From a bacterium (GTDB lineage: Bacteria; Patescibacteriota; Microgenomatia; Levybacterales; UBA12049): a stretch of 32,311 bases of DNA. Each line of letters starts with the position of its first letter. The stretch's first letter is position 1. The notes beneath the pieces were generated by a model that made no database searches, was not told where the DNA came from, and saw only the letters and a list, made by a program, of their open reading frames with translations. Below, piece after piece: positions 24,252 to 30,522 of this stretch. The stretch is from assembly GCA_021813005.1 (NCBI GenBank), contig JAKAMH010000001.1, positions 1 through 32,311 on the forward strand, in the 5' to 3' direction. The position numbers and the translations under genes were made by a program.

Positions 24252-25121
24252 ATGAGGACACTAACACTCGAAGAACTGCTGGAAGCCGGTTGCCATTTTG
24301 GCCATCAGGTGACACGTCAAAACCCCAAGGCGCGGGATTATATTTTTGAAGCCCGTGACAATATCCACATTATCGATCTTGCCAAAACCAAGGAAGGCCT
24401 GGAAGAGGCAGCAGGATATGTGAAAGACGTAGCCAAGAAAGGCGGCTCTATGCTTGTTCTTGCCACCAAGCGACAGGCAGAAGGAGTTATCAAAGAGGAG
24501 CTTGAGCGGGCAGCCAAAGACGAGGTGACAGGTTTGTACTCCGTCACCAAGCGCTGGATCGGCGGCACACTCACCAACTTCCAGGAAGTTTCCAAAAACT
24601 ACAAGAAACTCAAAGATCTGTCGGAGAAACTAACCAGCCGACAGGCGCAAACAGGCTACACCAAAAAGGAAATCGGCCAATGGGAAAAGACGCGCCAGAA
24701 GCTCTCTGTTTACTACGGCGGCATACAGGAGATGTCCCGACTGCCGGATGTGCTGTTTATCATTGATACGCACCTTGAGAACCTGGCGGTTCGTGAAGCA
24801 CGGGAGCTGGGGATCAAGGTGGTTGGCATCACAGACACCAATGCCGATCCGACACTGGTAGACTATGCAATTCCTGCCAATGATGATGCCGTAGGATCCA
24901 TCAAAATAATTGCAGAGTATATTATTGATGCCTGGATTGAAGGGAGACGGGCCATGAAGCTGCAGGGTGAGAAGGCTGTCAGGGAGGCAGAGAAAAAGGA
25001 AGCTGACGGAAAGAAGGCAGCAGAAAAAGCTGCTCAAAAAGCGGCAGCTGTTAAGCAGGTAAAAAAGGTAAAAGTAGAAGACTTACAGGGAGAAAAGATA
25101 CCTGCAGCCAAAAAGGCATAA
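24252..25121 (+). CDS. rpsB: 30S ribosomal protein S2 with Lys/Ala/Glu-rich C-terminal tail
   Basis: LLEAGCHFGHQ, WIGGTLTNF, LPDVLFIIDT and VGITDTNADP. Confidence 0.95.
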   Translation: MRTLTLEELLEAGCHFGHQVTRQNPKARDYIFEARDNIHIIDLAKTKEGLEEAAGYVKDVAKKGGSMLVLATKRQAEGVIKEELERAAKDEVTGLYSVTKRWIGGTLTNFQEVSKNYKKLKDLSEKLTSRQAQTGYTKKEIGQWEKTRQKLSVYYGGIQEMSRLPDVLFIIDTHLENLAVREARELGIKVVGITDTNADPTLVDYAIPANDDAVGSIKIIAEYIIDAWIEGRRAMKLQGEKAVREAEKKEADGKKAAEKAAQKAAAVKQVKKVKVEDLQGEKIPAAKKA

Positions 25122-25122
25122 T

Positions 25123-25159
25123 GTCATTCTGATACCTCGCGGAGCGAGGAGAAGAATCC
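25123..25159 (+). repeat. Hairpin module of the dispersed element (GTCATTCTGATACCTCGCGGAGCGAGGAGAAGAATCC)
   Basis: It has the same flanks (GTCATTCTGA...GAAGAATC) as 21106-21139 and 23297-23329 but a different, still self-complementary stem (CCTCGC/GCGAGG). Confidence 0.7.
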
Positions 25160-25226
25160 AGCACTTGAGAATAAGAAAGATCCTTCTCCGCCAGCCGGCG
25201 GATCTGGATGACAAAGAAACAACACT

Positions 25227-25691
25227 ATGGCAAACAAAATAGATCTCCAACAGCTGAAAAAACTCCGCGCCGAAACCTCGGCATCCGTCTCTGATTGCCG
25301 TACCGCGCTTGACGAGTCAAATGGTGACTACACCAAAGCCCTGGCGTGGCTCAAAAAGCGGGGTCTGGAAAAGGCTGAAAAGAAAGCTGACAGGGAAACA
25401 TCCCAGGGCATTATTGACAGCTACATCCACGCAGGCGGTAAGGTGGGAGTGCTTCTGGAGCTGCTTTGTGAGACAGACTTTGTCGCCAAGACGGATGAGT
25501 TTAGGAATCTGGCCCATGAAATCGAGATGCAAGTCGCGGCGATGAACCCTGAGAACACAGACGAGCTGTTGAATCAGGAATATATCAGAGACGGCTCACA
25601 GACGGTGGAGCAGCTTATAAAAGGCGTCATCGGCAAACTCGGTGAAAATATCTCAGTCGGCCGCTTTCAGCGCTTCGCCATTGGGGAGTAA
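25227..25691 (+). CDS. tsf: Elongation factor Ts, minimal 154-aa form
   Basis: UBA-like N-terminus (LKKLRAETSASVSDCRTALDESNGDYTKALAWLKKRG) and core block VGVLLELLCETDFVAKTDEF. The coiled-coil/dimerisation segment is absent. Confidence 0.85.
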   Translation: MANKIDLQQLKKLRAETSASVSDCRTALDESNGDYTKALAWLKKRGLEKAEKKADRETSQGIIDSYIHAGGKVGVLLELLCETDFVAKTDEFRNLAHEIEMQVAAMNPENTDELLNQEYIRDGSQTVEQLIKGVIGKLGENISVGRFQRFAIGE

Positions 25692-25702
25692 CCGCTTCAA
25701 TC

Positions 25703-25731
25703 TTGCAAATTCCTATCTCTTTCTGTATAGT
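25703..25731 (+). promoter_or_regulatory. Sigma70-type promoter TTGCAA-17-TATAGT
   Basis: Read directly. The -10 ends 10 nt before the frr ATG at 25742. Confidence 0.5.
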
Positions 25732-25741
25732 CTAGTTACCT

Positions 25742-26305
25742 ATGGATCAGGAAGTAACCAGCCGGACAAAACAAAAGATTGAGAAAGTTCTCGAAGTGCT
25801 GCGCACGGACCTCGGCACTATCCGCAGCAGTAGGGCTACCCCCGCACTAGTTGAAAATCTCGTAATCCCGGTTTACGGCGGCAGTACCAAGATGAGAGTC
25901 GTGGAACTTGCGACGATTGCCTCAAGTGACGCACAAACACTTGTCCTGACTCCGTTTGACCAGTCTATCATCAATGAAATCCAAAAGGGTATCCAGGATG
26001 CCAGTACCGGGCTGACACCTGTCGTGGACGGGCAGATCGTTCGGATTACCATGCCGCAGCTCTCTGAGGAGAGACGGCAAGAGTTGATCAAACTGATGAA
26101 GCACAAGCTTGAGAATGGGCGTATCATGGTGCGCCAAGTCCGCCACGAGGAGATGTCGGAGATCAAGAAGCTGGTAGATGCCAAGGAAATTTCAGAGGAT
26201 GATCAGCATCGGCTTGAAAAAGAGGTTCAAAAGGCAGTTGACGAGGCGACGGAGATGATTGAGCATTACGGGAAACAGAAGGAAGAAGAACTCCTCAGTA
26301 TTTGA
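25742..26305 (+). CDS. frr: Ribosome recycling factor
   Basis: Typical RRF length and blocks (LRTDLGTIRSSRATPALVENL, ITMPQLSEERRQELIK, RHEEM). Confidence 0.9.
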   Translation: MDQEVTSRTKQKIEKVLEVLRTDLGTIRSSRATPALVENLVIPVYGGSTKMRVVELATIASSDAQTLVLTPFDQSIINEIQKGIQDASTGLTPVVDGQIVRITMPQLSEERRQELIKLMKHKLENGRIMVRQVRHEEMSEIKKLVDAKEISEDDQHRLEKEVQKAVDEATEMIEHYGKQKEEELLSI

Positions 26306-26310
26306 TGGCG

Positions 26311-26338
26311 TAGAGCATAGCGCAGAGAGGTTAGAGTT
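26311..26338 (+). repeat. Degenerate heptamer array TAGAGCA TAGCGCA GAGAGGT TAGAGTT
   Basis: Read directly, 5 nt after the frr stop. It is the inverted counterpart of 26711-26759. Confidence 0.6.
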
Positions 26339-26421
26339 ATGAGAAGGGAGGAAATATAGCTTTTCGCTTCGAAAAACTTACTATCTGGACGGATGCAATA
26401 GCGCTTGCCACAGACATTTAT

Positions 26422-26718
26422 TTGATTACAGAGAATTTTCCGAAAGAGGAACTTTTTTCACTAACGAGCCAACTTAGGAGGTCAGTTAGCGCCATTTCTG
26501 CAAATATTGCTGAAGGTTCTGGTAGTACATCTAAAAAAGAGTTTTGTAGATATCTAGATATTGCTGCTAAGTCTACCTACGAAGTCGTTTCTCATTTAGA
26601 GATTGCAAGGATTCAGAAATATATTACGGAAGAGGAAAAGCAAGTATTGTATACAAGAGCAGAACATTTGGTTAGAAAGATAAGGTCGTTAAATAACACC
26701 TTAAGTAAAGGCGCCTAG
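26422..26718 (+). CDS. Four-helix-bundle protein (23S rRNA intervening-sequence protein family)
   Basis: FPKEE.FSLTSQLRRS..SI.ANIAEG is the family hallmark. Homology continues upstream to about 26359 (AFRFEKLTIWTDAIALATDIY), where no canonical in-frame start exists. Confidence 0.8.
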   Translation: MITENFPKEELFSLTSQLRRSVSAISANIAEGSGSTSKKEFCRYLDIAAKSTYEVVSHLEIARIQKYITEEEKQVLYTRAEHLVRKIRSLNNTLSKGA

Positions 26719-26759
26719 CTCTCGGCTCTGTGCACTTAGCTCTAAGCTCTATGCGCCTA
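26711..26759 (-). repeat. Degenerate heptamer array (GCGCCTA GCTCTCG GCTCTGT GCACTTA GCTCTAA GCTCTAT GCGCCTA), reverse complement of TAGAGCN units
   Basis: The 7-nt periodicity was read directly. It overlaps the last 8 nt of the four-helix-bundle CDS. Confidence 0.65.
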
Positions 26760-26791
26760 GTCCTCCCGCGTCGTGCTATAAGGATACTCTG

Positions 26792-27985
26792 ATGATTTTG
26801 TCGGTTATTGTTTTCCTTGTCATCCTCAGTCTGCTCGTTCTGATCCATGAAGCCGGCCACTTTCTGACAGCCAAGAAATTCGGTATCAAGGTTGAGGAGT
26901 TTGGGTTTGGATTTCCGCCCCGTGTCTGGGGAAAGAAGCGGGGAGAGACGCTTTATTCAATTAACTTGTTACCGATCGGCGGCTTTGTCAAACTCTACGG
27001 TGAGGATGAGGCAGGGGGAGGCAGCATTAAGATCAAAGATCAAAGATCAAAGATCAAAGATCTCAATAAAGCCTTCTTTGGCAGGCCCGTCTGGCAGCGG
27101 GCACTTGTCATTCTGGCAGGCGTGATCATGAATGCCGGGCTGGCTGTGGTTATTTTTTATGTCTTTTTGGCTATGGTCAACTTTCAGGCTCCTGTCCCGT
27201 GTATCGGCGATTCAAACGCGTTTATCTTGGTACATAAGGAATATATCAACCGGCAGAGCAGTTGTAACGTTGTCATCAGTGAAGTTGAGAAAAACTCGCC
27301 GGCCCAAAGGGGAGGTATCACATCCGGTTCAAAAATCCTCGCGGTTAACGGTGAGACGATTATTGATCCCGACTCATTTATCCAAATTGTCAACAAAAAC
27401 GCCGGTCATTCGGTGGCTATTACCTGGGAAAATCTGAAGACCGGGCATGTCTACACCAAGGACATCACGCCGCGGCAAAAAATCAAACCCAATGAGGGGA
27501 GACTGGGTGTTGCCTTTCCCTACGACGGGATCATCTTGCAATATAAGACGCCGCTTGAGAAAGTGCTTTCCGGGTTCACCCACCCTGTGAATTTAATGAT
27601 TTTTCAGTACCAGGCAATCGCGCATTTTGTGGCGGTTTACATCAAGACCGGCGACTTTTCTTCCATTGCTCAGAATGTCTCGGGTCCGGTGGGTATCGCG
27701 TCCGTGGTAAATCAGACGGTTGTCCAGCATGCAGCCTTGCGGGATAAAATCGCCATGATACTCAATCTCTCCGGTCTTTTGTCTATCTCACTGGCGTTCT
27801 TCAATGTCCTGCCTATCCCGGCGCTTGACGGCGGACGGCTGTTTTTTATCCTGATCGAGGGCGTTGTGGGTAAAAAAGTAAATCCCCAAATTGAGGGGTA
27901 CATACACGCGGCAGGTATGGTGTTTCTTCTCGGACTGATTGTACTTATCACCTATAAAGATATTCTCCAATTGCTTCATCCCTAG
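26792..27985 (+). CDS. rseP: Site-2 (M50/RseP-type) intramembrane zinc metalloprotease with PDZ domain
   Basis: HEAGHF (HExxH), LLPIGGFVK, a PDZ-like central region and FNVLPIPALDGG. Confidence 0.88.
   Translation: MILSVIVFLVILSLLVLIHEAGHFLTAKKFGIKVEEFGFGFPPRVWGKKRGETLYSINLLPIGGFVKLYGEDEAGGGSIKIKDQRSKIKDLNKAFFGRPVWQRALVILAGVIMNAGLAVVIFYVFLAMVNFQAPVPCIGDSNAFILVHKEYINRQSSCNVVISEVEKNSPAQRGGITSGSKILAVNGETIIDPDSFIQIVNKNAGHSVAITWENLKTGHVYTKDITPRQKIKPNEGRLGVAFPYDGIILQYKTPLEKVLSGFTHPVNLMIFQYQAIAHFVAVYIKTGDFSSIAQNVSGPVGIASVVNQTVVQHAALRDKIAMILNLSGLLSISLAFFNVLPIPALDGGRLFFILIEGVVGKKVNPQIEGYIHAAGMVFLLGLIVLITYKDILQLLHP
27029..27062 (+). repeat. Tandem heptamer array (AAGATCA) x ~4.9 inside the rseP coding sequence
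   Basis: Read directly. It encodes IKIKDQRSKIKDL, and GATC recurs every 7 nt. Confidence 0.9.
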
Positions 27986-28036
27986 ACACTGCTTGGAACC
28001 GACTCGGGACGTACTCAGGCTACTTACGTACTTTTT

Positions 28037-28139
28037 GTCATCCTGAGAGAGCTTTTCTATGTCATTCTGAGTGTAACGAAGAATCTTTTAGATCCTTCAC
28101 TTTGTTCAGGATGACATTGCCTGTTACGCTCAGAATGAC
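28037..28139. repeat. Cluster of GTCATYCTGAG modules with interleaved inverted repeats
   Basis: The blocks are A GTCATCCTGAG (28037-28047), B GTCATTCTGAGTGTAACG (28061-28078), A' TCAGGATGAC (28106-28115) and B' GTTACGCTCAGAATGAC (28123-28139). Block B continues into GAAGAATC, as in the other copies. Confidence 0.75.
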
Positions 28140-28240
28140 AGGTTTTGCGTAAGTCCTGTTCAGACGGCCAACAGGTTACAACAAATCTTGAAATATCTCT
28201 GGTATTTTCCTCCCAAATCTGATTGACTGGAAGAGGGTAT

Positions 28241-29527
28241 ATGATTACAGACGAGCTGATTGATTTTATTCATGAGCAGCGAAAACGCGGTAAGGCAAAA
28301 GCAGAGATTGTCTCACTTCTAAGTAGGGCAGGTTGGCATCAGCTGGACATTGAAGAGGCATTCTCCGAGACAGACAGAAAACGCCGGACCACCCAGACAC
28401 TTCCTCCGGTTGATGTGCTTGTCGGGGAAGCACTGGCACTTTATCAGACTGAGTACAAGAGGCTAAGCGGCATACTCTTTATCGCTTTCCTCATGCGTAT
28501 CGGGTCGTTCGGACTGGCGTTTGCGGGACTTATTTTCATAGGACTTTTTGGGGTGATTGTCAATACGTCTCCCGCCTGGCTTATCGTTGTGCTCCTGCTC
28601 CTCCTCGGCGGACTTTTACTTTTTGTCGGGTCGTGGTCCGATATCGCGCTTCTGACCAGCATCAGTCAAAAAACACGCGTGTGGGAATCTTACCGCAAAA
28701 CCCGCTTACAAATTTTTCCTTTCCTGTGGTTGACTATCCTTAGCTCGCTCGCGACGCTGGGGGGAATGTTTTTACTGATCATTCCGGGAATTATCATCTC
28801 CGTTTGGCTTCTTTTTATCCAGTTTATCTATATCAACGAAGGCAAAAGTGGCGTGGCGGCGCTCTACCAGAGTCGGGAGTATGTCAGAGGGAGATGGGGA
28901 GAGGTAGCGGGCAAGTTCATCGTCATGCCCATCGTTCTCGGGGCGATTTCAATTCTATTTTATGTCGGTATCTCGCTTACCGACTTTTTGGGATCGCACA
29001 AGCTGTTATTTAATGGCCTGTTCAGCATACTGGCGTATCTTTTCTCAACACTCATTGTTCCTGCCTTCGCCGGCGCCTATACTTATACACTCTACAAGCA
29101 CGTTAAACGGCAAAACATACTGCCTCGGGGGACGACAAAAAGAAGTAAATGGCTGCTTGGCGGAAGTCTGGCGGCCGGGTTTGCCATACTATTCCTGATT
29201 GTCGGGATCATTTATGGCGCGATTGTGACGCTTAAGTCCGGTAAGATGCTTACCGAAATTTTGCCGTATCAGACTTCCCGGGAGACGCTGACTCTCGTCC
29301 AGGCAGACCTTGCCACCTATTACAATCGGCACGGCCTCTATCCTGACTATCTCGTGCAAGTGTTGCCGGCTGCCGGCCAGGCGGACAGAAACGCGATCAG
29401 TCAGGGAATGTTTCTCTACACTACCCTGGACGGGGGGCAAAACTACAAACTCTGTTTGCAAAGAGAGCAGAGTGTGTGCCTTGTGTCGCATCAGCCGGTC
29501 AAGACCAAAAGCCGCCAGCTACAATAA
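28241..29527 (+). CDS. Polytopic membrane protein of unknown function
   Basis: About 428 aa from the ATG at 28241 (MITDELIDFI). It has a soluble N-terminal helical module, at least 6 predicted TM segments and a C-terminal periplasmic-type domain. The track ORF starts at a TTG at 28223. Confidence 0.65.
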   Translation: MITDELIDFIHEQRKRGKAKAEIVSLLSRAGWHQLDIEEAFSETDRKRRTTQTLPPVDVLVGEALALYQTEYKRLSGILFIAFLMRIGSFGLAFAGLIFIGLFGVIVNTSPAWLIVVLLLLLGGLLLFVGSWSDIALLTSISQKTRVWESYRKTRLQIFPFLWLTILSSLATLGGMFLLIIPGIIISVWLLFIQFIYINEGKSGVAALYQSREYVRGRWGEVAGKFIVMPIVLGAISILFYVGISLTDFLGSHKLLFNGLFSILAYLFSTLIVPAFAGAYTYTLYKHVKRQNILPRGTTKRSKWLLGGSLAAGFAILFLIVGIIYGAIVTLKSGKMLTEILPYQTSRETLTLVQADLATYYNRHGLYPDYLVQVLPAAGQADRNAISQGMFLYTTLDGGQNYKLCLQREQSVCLVSHQPVKTKSRQLQ

Positions 29528-29530
29528 AAT

Positions 29531-29600
29531 AGTATCTAGTATCTAGTATCTAGTATCTAGTATCTAGTATCTAGTATCTAGTATTTAGTATTTAGTATTT
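29531..29600 (+). repeat. Tandem heptamer array (AGTATCT)7(AGTATTT)3
   Basis: Read directly. It starts 3 nt after the stop at 29525-29527 and ends 10 nt before the pgl ATG. The unit is the same as at 8173-8220. Confidence 0.95.
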
Positions 29601-29610
29601 GGGGTCGATA

Positions 29611-30381
29611 ATGGAAAAAGACATTTCAGACATACTCAGATCTCGTCCTACCTTCTTTCATCGCAACCGCGGGGTTGGGGTCTGTATCACAAAAAATAAA
29701 GAAGAGGGTTCACGTCTGGCCTGTGAAATACTTTCTGCGCTTGTTGACCGCCAGACAGTGCTCTATCTTTCGGGCGGAACTACTCCTGATCTGCTCTACA
29801 GCCTGCTTTCATCTGATGAGATGTTCCTGCCGGGGGCCGTTGGGCTGGTTGATGAGCGGTATGGAGAACGCCTGCATGAGAAAAGTAATGAGCTTATGAT
29901 TCGGGATACGGGGCTTCTCAAATACCTGAGTCTTCGGGACGTGCCATTTTATCCCGTTTTGCAAGGCAAAGACATAGCTGAGACGGCGGAGGAATATGAT
30001 GACAGGGTACGGTCACTTACCGCGGTATTTAGGCGCTCCGTGGCTGTACTTGGAATTGGCGCGGACGGACATACGGCCGGGATTCCATCCCGGAATTCAA
30101 AATTCAATCCTCCAGCCGGCGGACAGAATGCAAAATTGGATAAGTATAGATTGGTTACATCCTTTATTGATCCGAGAGGGAAGTTTAAGGAACGAATCTC
30201 AATGACGTTTCTCGGACTTTCCATGCTGGATTTTCTGCTTGTGATGGCATTCGGAGACAGCAAGCAGAAGGTGCTTGAGAAGATGTTTACCGATGGTTCG
30301 CGGGAGGATATACCGGCTCGATTTTTGACGGATCCCGCTGTGGCAAGCAAAACACTTTTCATCACGGACCAAAAGGCGTAG
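29611..30381 (+). CDS. pgl: 6-phosphogluconolactonase (SugarP_isomerase/Pgl family)
   Basis: VLYLSGGTTP and VAVLGIGADGHTAGIP fit the Pgl/NagB-family motifs, and zwf is adjacent. The ATG at 29611 is preferred over the track start at 29599. Confidence 0.7.
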   Translation: MEKDISDILRSRPTFFHRNRGVGVCITKNKEEGSRLACEILSALVDRQTVLYLSGGTTPDLLYSLLSSDEMFLPGAVGLVDERYGERLHEKSNELMIRDTGLLKYLSLRDVPFYPVLQGKDIAETAEEYDDRVRSLTAVFRRSVAVLGIGADGHTAGIPSRNSKFNPPAGGQNAKLDKYRLVTSFIDPRGKFKERISMTFLGLSMLDFLLVMAFGDSKQKVLEKMFTDGSREDIPARFLTDPAVASKTLFITDQKA

Positions 30382-30391
30382 AATAGAGTGC

Positions 30392-30477
30392 AAAGATGAA
30401 AGATCAAATATCAAAACCTAAATCAAATCTTAAAGATATTTTTACGTTTTACGCTTGTCTTTGATCTTTGATTTTTT
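30392..30477. repeat. Degenerate heptamers (AAAGATG AAAGATC AAATATC AAAACCT AAATCAA) and an inverted (TCTTTGA)2
   Basis: Read directly. TCTTTGA at 30458-30471 is the complement of the unit repeated inside rseP. Confidence 0.6.
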
Positions 30478-30522
30478 CAGCCAGAGGCTGATCACCCTTT
30501 GGGTGAGATTTTTGATTTTGCT

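Noticed and set aside
10059-30522. Upstream-extended starts given in the ORF track (10059, 10718, 11568, 19262, 28223, 29599, 30499).
   Set aside because: Several of these are TTG codons or add residues not present in homologs. Internal ATGs align better with family N-termini (for example MQHSPFVIIIFGGTGDL for Zwf and MKQRISIIAAM for FolA). The start choices remain uncertain.
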